The notes beneath the pieces are model-generated. The model was given only the letters and a program-made list of their open reading frames with translations, made no database searches and was not told the origin of the DNA. A program made the translations under genes and the position numbers. Of a stretch of 64,000 bases of DNA, positions 1 through 10,200 are shown piece by piece. Source of the DNA: Botryllus schlosseri (Eukaryota); assembly GCA_051294905.1 (NCBI GenBank), contig CM119384.1, positions 6,696,001-6,760,000 of the forward strand, written 5' to 3'. How positions within the stretch are numbered: the first letter of the stretch is position 1; every line of letters begins with the position of its first letter.

Positions 1-419
1 TACTACAGTAGCCACGATACGTGGGCCTTTTGTGAACGGGCTGTCATGACAATTTCACCCGCAGGATTGATGCACGCACGTCCTCAAACGACTTTCTACC
101 AAACTTAAGCTAAAATGTAAAAAGTAGTTTTGCCTTAAAAACTGCTTAGTAGAAGTGAAAGCAGTTTAAAAAATGGCCACTCAAGTTGGTAGTACAAGTT
201 GACGGGACCTACTTGAGTACTCGTGAACCCTGTAATGGCACAAACGTTTGATATTAATGCGGACCTGCAGTCAAATTTTGAGCGTACACGCCGCTTTGTT
301 AAACCGGAATCTATTCCGGGATTCACGGTGTCAAGCAAAGTTGCTGCTTTTTCGCCGGATTCCCCTTTTCCGATAGTCTTTACGCTCGTTTCCACGTATT
401 AATTGTTGGCAAATTACAG

Positions 420-534
420 CGTCCCGGGCAAGCTGAAGTCCTTCTTGGATGACCTCCATTCGGGCAAGCTGCATCGGGAATTCCACCACGGCCCGGATCC
501 CACTGCCGACACGGGGAAACCCGCGCAGACACAG
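420..534 (+). CDS. ERP44: ERp44 (ER resident protein 44, PDI family), penultimate coding exon
   Basis: Acceptor TACAG|420 and donor ACAG|GTGCGT at 535. Translation VPGKLKSFLDDLHSGKLHREFHHGPDPTADTGKPAQTQ matches the ERp44 signature PGKLKQFxxDLHSGKLHREFHHGPDP. Upstream exons lie outside the window. Confidence 0.95.
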
Positions 535-705
535 GTGCGTCTCGCATATCGGTGTAGCCTGCGTGGTGTTCATACCTGCAACCGAGTAGATTTAGCGGTG
601 ATGCGGTTAATGCCTGTTCCCTTGGTGAATAGTAATATTGTAGCACAGAGGTTCTTACACTTATCGTGTGGAATCCTTATCTGCAAAACTTGGGAAGCTG
701 ATCAG

Positions 706-2161
706 TAGGGCGATTTTTTTTTACCTAAAAAACGGAAGATTTGACCCAAAAAATTCTAAATTTTGACATTTTTTTACCTAACGAATGCTAATTGGGTGTT
801 TTCCCAAATAATGTTAGAATTGTACTACTTGTCTTCATTTTTGGTTCGAACTGTCTGTCCTTACGAAGTAGTTTGCCCTCAAAAATCGAAATCTGGCCCT
901 ATGAAGAATTCCAGTAGCTACATCATCTATTATGGTGAAAATAATTACAATTTGTTGTAGTATAACGAAAGATACTTTCCTACATTATCGGGTAGAAAGC
1001 GTCTGCCCTTACTATTTGCCAAGAATGGAGAAAGAATGTTCAATAGGGCTCTTCAAAAATGACTTTTTTTCTCAAATCGTACTGGCTACTTGATAAAATT
1101 GTAAGGTTACCTAATTTAAGCCTACACACAAAATTTGGTTCAATTCCAACCAGTAACCGCTTTGCTACACGAGATGAAAGTTTCTATTTATTATATAAAA
1201 ATAAATAATAAAAAATTTGAAAATTTTCTGTTCACCCCATGAAAGTGTTAGGCTGTCAATAGAAACTATGCTCACCAAATTTATTTCAATTCCAACCAGT
1301 GGAAGCGGAGTTATTGCCGTCGAAAAATTTGGAGTTGAATAAAATAGTATTTACGGTGAGCAGAACTATAATAAATAAACAAAGAATCGGTCACCGTAAA
1401 TACTATTTTATTCAAATCCAAATTTTTCGACGGCAATAACTCCGCTTCCACTGGTTGGAATTGAACCAAATTTGGTGAGCATAGTTTCTATAGACAGCCT
1501 AACACTTTCATGGGGTGAACAGAAAATTTTCAAATTTTTTATTATTTATTTTTATATAATAAATAGAAACTTTCATCTCGTGTAGCAAAGCGGTTACTGG
1601 TTGGAATTGAACCAAATTTTGTGTGTAGGCTTAAATTAGGTAACCTAACAATTTTATCAAGTAGCCAGTACGATTTGAGAAAAAAAGTCATTTTTGAAGA
1701 GCCCTAATGTTCAACTGTAGCAGCTGTCGGCTGACAACACCGAAGTTGTGCGTACACTGCTCGCGACACGCCGTATTGCTTCTGACAATGGTGTACATCA
1801 CAATTTTTCATGATGCGCTTCTTGATATAAAAACCATGCAATGCCTACGTACGCAGTCTAGCTTCACTTATGACATTGCGGCACGTTGAGCATAGCACCA
1901 CGTCAACCATGTTTCATTTGAATGTTTATGATTCACAATGAGCAGACAACGGGCCGTCTACAACGGTAGGCTTATAAAGTAGGCTACAAGCTGTAAAATG
2001 TCAAACGATATGGTCACCGACAGTGCAAAATCTACGATACAAACGATGGCGGGTTGCAAAAAAATTTCGTCTCTGTCAACAATTTTGACATTTTTTGACT
2101 TAACACAACAATTTTGACCTAATTTTGACATTTTTATTACATGTCAGAAAAAATCGCCCTA
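706..2161. mobile_element. Non-autonomous hAT element in the ERp44 intron, host of a nested foldback MITE
   Basis: TIRs TAGGGCGATTTTT (706) and AAAAATCGCCCTA (ends 2161). Flanks CTGATCAG/GTGATCAC form a degenerate 8-bp TSD. Subterminal AATTTTGACAT repeats at both ends. Confidence 0.7.
1044..1706. mobile_element. Foldback hAT MITE, copy 1 (near-perfect 663-bp palindrome)
   Basis: Arms 1044-1359 and 1391-1706 (316 bp) with a 31-nt spacer. Termini TAGGGCTCTTC/GAAGAGCCCTA; perfect 8-bp TSD ATGTTCAA. Confidence 0.92.
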
Positions 2162-2561
2162 GTGATCACCCATCTGGCGTAGTTGATGCCTAAAAGCTAA
2201 CAATGTAGCCTTACAGTTTATAGTTGTAGTGTCAACATTGACCTTTCATACCTACAAACAATTGAGTACGGTAGCCCTATTTTCGACTGCCCGATTCAGG
2301 GCATGATACGGACAGCATATATTTTTAATTTGATTTGAATCTGAAATCCGCAGCAGGATTTGGATTTGAAAATATCATCCCATTTCTTGAATATACCCGC
2401 TCATATCTACTTTTGAAGTCAATATGAGTTTCGCTCACCCGCTGCCGTCATCCTGCTATTCTCACACACGGCGTATCTTCTTTGCATGTCTTCCCATTGG
2501 TGGTGTCGCCGCACGCATTTCGCGAATCGTTTGCATGTCGTCGCCGCTCGGAAACGCGTAG

Positions 2562-2705
2562 GAGCGGAAAGTCGCGCAGCCTTCTCAAGGAAAGGTCGCG
2601 GTTAAGGAGGAGTCTAAGACGACGCCTCCCGAATCTATTTTCAAGAACCTGAAACCATCCGAACATCGATACACCGTTTTAGGCCGTAATCGGGACGAGC
2701 TGTAA
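2562..2705 (+). CDS. ERP44: ERp44 terminal exon A (47 aa, ends RDEL-stop)
   Basis: Acceptor CGTAG|GAG, phase 0, compatible with the donor at 535. Reads ERKVAQPSQGKVAVKEESKTTPPESIFKNLKPSEHRYTVLGRNRDEL*, matching the ERp44 tail PPESxFxKLxPSExRYTLLxxRDEL. Absent from the supplied ORF track. Confidence 0.93.
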   Translation, partial: ERKVAQPSQGKVAVKEESKTTPPESIFKNLKPSEHRYTVLGRNRDEL

Positions 2706-3815
2706 TTTCTTTTACTTCGTTTTGGGATGAATACACCCGCTGAGATATTTATATCTTAAGGAATCCCAGGAAACTGTGGGCTATTTAGAATTGGGAACGC
2801 GATTATTTTTGTAAGACCTACGTGATGTTGGGAACTGAGACATGACGTGATGGTGCGCATGTGATAACTTGTATGTCGAAAGAGCTTATTTATATATTTC
2901 TTCTATGCCGTAACGTAGCGGGAATTGATCGGTTGAAGCCTTGTCGTCGCGATATGAAGCCAGATATGATTTTGTTGGGGTTTGATATGTAAAGTATATG
3001 TCTGTACGTTGCTCAAGGATGGTGGTATGATGGTTGGTGCCAAGAGATCTATCGTATTATTCTGTTGCTACGCCCGCGTATGCTACTGTTATGTCATTGT
3101 GATATGAATGGTGCCAATGCGCACGTGGAAGTGTCAAATCAACAAATATATGAACTGAAGGCAATAATTCGAATTCGCGGCGTTTTGTGTGCAAGTGGAA
3201 CTTGGTGAGCTTGGATTTGTTTGGAGGAGTATGCTTGTCTGCTATCCGACAGGTGGTATACTTCAGGGCTCTACCTACGATTCTACGTTTTCGCTGCTCT
3301 GAGTTGTCAGTCTTGGTGCACCACGATCAAGGGAATGGAGGTTGGGGTGGGTCGCGGTATGACTAAAATTAGATCTATGCGTCTGGCAGGAGCAACCAGC
3401 GACTGAAGTGAAGGCAATCTCCTGTATTCGATGGGTCCCGTGTATATGCACACTTATGTAAAAACTTACATAAAAACGACTGGCCACCATCAACGGCGTA
3501 GCCAAGGTGCGAATGTTCCAGCGTTTTTGACCTGAACATCATGTTATCTGAAATTTCTGATTCCACATTTTCTCATCATCTGTGGTTTTTGGTTACGAAA
3601 ATGTCTCGCCAGTCGTCACACATGCTTCTCGGAGCTATCGAAGCATGAATATATGACCTCAAATATATTCGTATGTGCATAATTTTATACCGCTAGACGC
3701 CCCTTAAAGTATCCCGAATGCATCGATAAGAAATTTCACATCCCGCCAGGTGGCGTAATTCGTGTCATGTCAAGCATGAGCAATTGAGCATTGCAAGAGC
3801 ATTGAGCATGTGCTG

Positions 3816-4228
3816 TAGTGCGGAGCATGGACCGGAGCCGGATTGGATATCCGGCCGGATTTTTACAATGTTGACCGGATCGGAGCCGGATCAGTATTTT
3901 TCCTGTTACGGCCGGAGCCGGATCACTACTTTTTTGATCCGGCCAGAATCTTTAGGGATCAGCATAACTTATAACTATATAACTACCAACCAACCACACG
4001 CAAATAACCACCAAGCCAGTCTGAACATAAACGAGGCATATTTATCAATTCACGGAACCTCCGTACCGAGTAGGGCCGGATTTCTGGCCGGACTTTTTCA
4101 TTTTTGGCCGGAACCGGATTGGAGCCGGATCAGTACTTTTCCTGATGCGGCCGGATCGGAGCCGGATCAGAGAATTGAACAGCCGGATCGGAGCCGGACC
4201 AGAGAATTTGTCGATCCGCTCCGCACTA
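3816..4228. mobile_element. hAT MITE with CCGGATC/CCGGAG subterminal repeats
   Basis: TIR TAGTGCGGAGC/GCTCCGCACTA; perfect TSD ATGTGCTG (3808-3815, 4229-4236). Confidence 0.9.
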
Positions 4229-4781
4229 ATGTGCTGGTGTCCGTCATAATTAACCGATAAAGTAAAATTGCTAGGCCCTCACCGACTGGTAGCATAGCAG
4301 ATAAACTGGAACTATTACCATGAATATTCTGTTTTAGCCCACCGCCCCACCAACGTTGGCTCCGGAGCTGAAGGTAAGAAGATATTACACTGATTAAAAT
4401 AACTTCCCCGGATCTCGGAAAATCATTTTTCATCGCGATCTATGTAGAATTCTAGACCGAGTAGGTCACGCGTATGGCATTTTCGGGAATGAGGGATCCC
4501 CACATTCATGAGGGAACCCCAGATTCCCAGCGTCGAGAAGTACTGCGTTGAAGTTAATCAAACGCAATTCGCCTAGCTCCCAGAAAAAGAAACTTGCGAT
4601 CATCAACCGCTCGACTGCTCGAAGTCATCTGAAAATGAATTGAAAATTCGTCTGAAGTATTTCTTCAGGTCTCAGTAACCATGTTTCGAAAAAATGTGAC
4701 GTCTAAATCTAGTCAAATTCTTCAAACCCGGTATTTTTCGAATTCATTGCTCAATATTGCTGCATATCTACTACATTGCAG

Positions 4782-4970
4782 GAAAAATTGCGCGCTCAAG
4801 GCCATGACCCCGATGAGTTGGAGCGGCAAGCCCAGGAACAACTTCGAAGGGTACAAGAGAGATCAAACAGTAATTCAGGAGAGGCCACGACTGTGAAGTC
4901 AATATTTAGGAATTTGATGCCGAGCGAACATCGATATACCCTAATGGACAGAGTTAGAGATGAATTGTGA
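4782..4970 (+). CDS. ERP44: ERp44 alternative terminal exon B (62 aa, ends RDEL-stop)
   Basis: Acceptor CATTGCAG|GAA, phase 0. Reads EKLRAQGHDPDELERQAQEQLRRVQERSNSNSGEATTVKSIFRNLMPSEHRYTLMDRVRDEL*; the last ~27 aa are homologous to exon A. Confidence 0.85.
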   Translation, partial: EKLRAQGHDPDELERQAQEQLRRVQERSNSNSGEATTVKSIFRNLMPSEHRYTLMDRVRDEL

Positions 4971-6509
4971 TTCTTGTACACCGAGTGTTTGATAGCTCAA
5001 AGATGATTTGTTCTTGACCAATATGGATTTCGTTATATTTATGTGACCCAAAGTGGTTACCACTTAAGTTATATAGACCTACGCGTAGGCTATTATGAAG
5101 AGATGGGTCAATTATGGATTTTTAAATCCAAGACCAGGCTCGTCTTTGCTAGTTGGTAGCCAACAAGATAAGGAAGACGCTAGGCCTAGTTCTGATCTAA
5201 CGCTTACAAGCCTTTCTACGCTCCGGAATATTTGAATAAGGTGACAGCTTACGGTAACTCACGTGACCTGGCCATAGACAAGCGGAATATGAACGCCTAA
5301 CATGTGTAGCATCGCGATGCCCCGAAGATACAGAGGTGGTAGCCCGATAAGCATATTGCATAGCCCGGCAACTATAGTTGTAGACGAGACATCCACAGAT
5401 GAAACCTACACGTCACGCGTCGAGAATATCGAAGTCCTGAAAACGGTCAGTAGGCCTCTGGACTATTTGGCAGCCCTGTATAAACCTACACACTCTTAAA
5501 ATACTCAGCAACCCGCTGTGATTCGTGGCTCAAATGAATAGTATTGTTTGAAGTCATGAATATCATCAAACACTCTAATTTCCGACTTATTAAAAAACTT
5601 ACACTAAAAATCGACCACAAAGAGAGCATCACTTCTTTCAAAAATCCCAAGGGACGAACAAATATCCAATCATTCCAATTTAAGAGGATTAGAGGCGAAC
5701 CATGGCCTACATTTTTCAGTTGGTGCGGCTTGCTCGCGAGTTGACACACGGATTTTATGAAATCGACAAAATTGGCACTCGCAATCTATTTCGCAAAACC
5801 AGAGATGTGCAAAACGTGTGAGATTTCAAACTCTGCTAATTCTCCCTAGCGTTTTGCAAAGAGAATTTGAAAGTTAGCTCAGAACGGTGAATTTTGTAAG
5901 TTGAAATAGAAAATCCGAGGTGTGGCGCACATTTTGTATTGGAAAAAGCAAAATGTAACTTACGGCCTATGTCAAACCGTTTTGAAAGTTCAGGACAATA
6001 AGGGACTAGTTACTAATTTAAGGTCTGTTCATATAATTAAATCGCCAGAAAACCTATGAGCAATTTGTATACAGGATTGCGGCCGAACATGAATATTCTG
6101 CTTTCGGATATTTTGCCAGCAAAATCAGGCACCGTCTTCACGATGATACTTTCTTCGCTCTCATGTCCTACGTCAGTATTACAGAAAATAATGCAACGAT
6201 ACAACGGCGTGAAAATGAAAATATGCTAGCATTATCCATCACATTTATATCAAAAGTAAAAAAGATAAATGAGAGATATTTCAACAAAATATAGTAACGA
6301 TCTTTATTCTCGCAATGGAAGCCTCAAAACCTCCATTGTTGATGACTCGGCTGCCAAAACGTTTCGCACAAAGCCACGCATGTTCTCTATAGGCTAGTGA
6401 TCGACCCGCAGCGTTGTTACAAAGCGCTATGAAATAGCCATGGACGAGAAGCACAAAATGACGCCAGATAGCGTCTTACAGGCAATATTTTCATTGTATC
6501 CCAACATTC

Positions 6510-7463
6510 AGTATTAGTTTATTAATATTTTCATCATTTCAAAACACCACAAAACCGTGATACAATGAAAACGTAGGAAGGTGTCGAAAAGACCTGGAGT
6601 AGTCTTTGAAATCAGACGCTCACCCTGGCCTAGGCTAAGTAGAAAAGAGGCATGCACACTAATTGCACAGTAGGGCTCTTCAAAAATGATTTTTTTTTTC
6701 AAATCGTACTGGCTACTTGATAAAATTGCTAGGTTACCTAATTTAAGTCTACACACAAAATTTGGTTCAATTCCAGCCAGTAACCGCTTTGCTACAGGAG
6801 AAGAAAGTTTCTATTTATTATATAAAAATAAACAATGAAAAATTTGAAAATTTTCTGTTTACCCCATGAAAGTGTTAGGCTGTCTATAGAAACGATGCTC
6901 ACCAAATTTGGTTCAATTCCAACCAGTGGAAGCGGAGTTATTGCCGTCGAAAAATTTGGATTTGAATAAAATAGTATTTACGGTGAGCACAACTATAATA
7001 AATAAACAAAGAATCGGTCACCGTAAATACTATTTTATTCAAATCCAAATTTTTCGACGGCAATAACTCCGCTTCCACTGGTTGGAATTGAACCAAATTT
7101 GGTGAGCATCGTTTCTATAGACAGCCTAACACTTTCGTGGGGTGAACAGAAAATTTTCAAATTTTTTATTATTTATTTTTATATAATAAATAGAATCTTC
7201 CTTCTCCTGTAGCAAAGCGGTTACTGGCTGGAATTGAACCGAATTTTGTGTGTAGGCTTAAATTAGGTAACCTAACAATTTTATCAAGTAGCCAGTACGA
7301 TTTGAGAAAAAAGTCATTTTTGAAGAGCCCTAATGCACAGTTGCACACTGAATGAAAAGTAGAGCAGAGAATATAAAAGGCAACCAACAAAATGAGGTGG
7401 CATGTGGCGGAAGGCGAGATCGATATGTTAGGTCGTAGTCCGATAATCCTGAAAGCTGACTAG
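6510..7463 (-). repeat. Unclassified ~270-bp interspersed repeat interrupted by foldback MITE copy 2
   Basis: 6510-6670 plus 7333-7463 is the reverse complement of 60900-61165 (shared ...GAGGTGGCATGTGGCGGAAGGCGAG... and ...AAAATATTAATAAA). Confidence 0.7.
6671..7332. mobile_element. Foldback hAT MITE, copy 2
   Basis: Highly similar to 1044-1706, with the same termini and spacer. TSD TTGCACAG/ATGCACAG (1 mismatch). Confidence 0.92.
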
Positions 7464-8211
7464 TATTCTTCTAGATTCTAGAAGAAATTGCTTGTATTTC
7501 GACTTGAATGCGTACATGCTCGACGACTGTTGTTGAACTTTCAGATCAATATTCTTGTTAGGTGTTACTCGAATTCTGTACTAGAAGCTTCATACTAGAC
7601 TCGGAATCGAGTCACCCATCAGGTATTGGGTATTGGTTTAAGAGGGTGTGTCCATATGGGGAAAATCGTAGACGCATAGCCCCCTCAAAACGAGACTCGC
7701 ATACGCATACCACGTAGACCGTACATGCAGGATTACAATAATAAAGCGAAACGCAGACCCTGACCAAACGTTTCCCACATACACTGCACGGTAACGACTA
7801 GTGGTTTGAGTAATAACTAATGAGTAATAACTAGAGTCAGCAACGCGCACCGACTGTAGGTCACGGTGTTCAATGGCTTGGGGCATTTCTCAATACCGGG
7901 TGTGCATCGAGGAAGGTCAAAACTTTGATTAAACAGTAGTCGTAAACCAACATAGCCGTAATGACATAGCCCAATTCCGCGGGGTCACATTTCATATATT
8001 CCGTTATCTATTTTGCTAAATATATTTACTTGTCATTGTCACTCGTCCACCAAAAAGACAGACATTATGTGTATATTTGTGTAGAACTTTTAATAGGTGG
8101 GTCACGTAATATTTTCAAGACGGAAACTGTGCGACGGCTATAAAAAGGTTACCACTGCTACATTTGCATAGGGCTAGAGGTATTATAGAGTGCATATTCA
8201 AGTGTACAAAC

Positions 8212-8426
8212 TACAGGTCGACCGTTTATTATCGACCTGGTCGATTATCAAGGCCGATATTTGGAATTTTCCCGATAATCGATATCGGGCCGATATTTCA
8301 TATATGAAAAAAATCAAAAATATTGGAAATTTAATTCCCCCATGTTCTCAATCTCAAGAGCCCTGTGAGTGCGTCGATAATCGGTATCGGTATTGGCCTG
8401 CAAAAATCAATATCGGTCGACCTCTA
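8212..8426. mobile_element. hAT MITE, TAGAGGTCGACCG family
   Basis: TACAGGTCGACCG...CGGTCGACCTCTA with CCGATAT/ATCGG subterminal repeats; same family as 23169-25285. TSD is degraded. Confidence 0.7.
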
Positions 8427-9184
8427 GACTACAAACGTCATAGTAGGCTATATGAGGATCGAAATATATGTTTACGGGCGATTCAACAATTGTGTACACG
8501 TGTTTCGGAATTACAGTACTATTTTAAATAAACCTTTTCATACTCGCTCGCAGAGTATGTAGAAATGAAGCTCACGCATGCTTTCACAGGATAGTGGCGC
8601 TTGGCGAGTGCAAAAGTACCATATGCGCGACTCGTCAAATCTATAGATGCCTTTCGCAGGAAAATTGCATGAGCATCGCAGTTTGATTAAACGAGTCTTC
8701 ACTGCAATCAATAAATGGTATAGCCAGGGATAAATGATAAATTAATAACAAACCAACTCTAGTCAATTTGTTACCAAAACGCTTCGCAAAAGTGATTTCA
8801 CAGGGCTTTGAACTCTGATAGCTTCAGATAACAGCAGGATGCCGTTATGTCATTATGATTGTCATGTTGATGACGCCAACTAGGGTTCTGGTTTAAATCA
8901 TTTTGCCCTTGATTAAAATCGATTTTAATCAATTAAATAATTCAAATCATGATTTTTTTGGTTTTTTTTACTCATAATAACAGCAACACCAACAAAAGAA
9001 AAGGGGATGAATGACGACCATGTCAATCAAGGCGATGAAGAATAACGCTTACACTTTAATAATGTGGGGCAGTGAATTATCATCCAGATATCTGAAAACG
9101 TTCAACCTATGTGGTAATGATAGCTGAAAACCTATGTGATAATGATGGGTCGCGCGAATCATTACTGATCGGTTCTAGTTGCGA

Positions 9185-9818
9185 GAGAGAAAGAGAGAGT
9201 CTTTATTTTCATCCAACCGAAATACACAACAAACGGCAGTGATGGCGGTACAGAAAATATGCGTGCACAGTATTCGGTATTAGATAGGAATGATCGATAA
9301 GACCGTGAAGGTCATCTAGTCTGATCACACCAGCATCAAACAGGTACACTTGACTCTGAACAGTCTGGCTGTAAAAAATGTTTAGTTAAGAAAGGAAAAT
9401 AGAAGAAAAATGAAACGATGGTAGCAAATGATCAATGAAGCAATGTCTGGGTGAGGTAGGGCAACAGTGTTAGTGTAACGACAAGAGGTGATCAAGTAGG
9501 GCTTTTTAAAATATATTATAGGGCAATTCACGGATATGTGGTGGTAATGCATTCCAAATGATAGGTCCGGAGTAGTCGATAGATCTCTTAGTTAGCGAGG
9601 AAACATGTTGAGTCAAATCGGGACCATCCATAATAGTTGTATTCATCTTGATCGATGGAGTGGTTTCTGCCAGAAATCTGGATCAGAGATAACGGATTTT
9701 TTCAAATTCGATAGAGACTCCCGATTGCGCTTCGCTTGCTGTATCCCAGCAGCGCCTCGGAAATAGCAGCAGCATATTCCAGACAACTAACCAGTATTCA
9801 ATAGCAAAACGCTAACAT
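9185..9818 (-). mobile_element. CR1/L2-like LINE 3' fragment (decayed ORF2 end and 3' UTR)
   Basis: The minus strand encodes ...YSGPIIWNALPPHIRELPYNIFKKALLDHLL, the typical C-terminus of CR1/L2-clade ORF2, followed by AATAAA and a (CT)n tail. Confidence 0.65.
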
Positions 9819-9828
9819 ATTGTTTGAC

Positions 9829-10200
9829 GGGGGAGGTAGTGTAGTGGTTACGATAAGCGCCCAGCACGCAGGAGAACCGGGTTCGATTCCCGTCGGAGGT
9901 TTATCTGGGCTCCTCTTCCCCCGCCGTTGCCGTTCTTACGGCGACAAAAAAGCCCAGTAAAAGACCCGATGAAAGGAAGTACTCACAAGGAATGGAAAGA
10001 ACTAGTAGAAAAGGACTCGGCTTCAAAGAAGATCAACATCGAAAAGAACTGTAACATCGGGCACTCTAGGCCGAGGTGGATGTTAGAGTAAAGGATCGCT
10101 ACTGCTGCGTGTCGTTCGACATCCTCCTATCTGTTCATGACTTCGCATTGTGTCTTATCGCATTGTACATTGTGTGTGACTTGTTCAGATAAAAATAATA
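9829..10200 (+). mobile_element. tRNA-derived SINE (tRNA-Val-like head)
   Basis: A box TAGTGTAGTGG and B box GGTTCGATTCC within 9829-9900. The acceptor stem does not pair, so it is not a tRNA gene. 3' boundary approximate. Confidence 0.65.

Noticed and set aside
3784-4260. 158-aa ORF with repeated GSEPD/EPDW motifs
   Set aside because: It is the translation of CCGGATC/CCGGAG subterminal repeats of the MITE at 3816-4228.
9829-9900. Possible tRNA gene (also 54900-54971 on the minus strand)
   Set aside because: A and B boxes are present, but the acceptor stems do not pair and a repeat body follows, so these are SINE heads.
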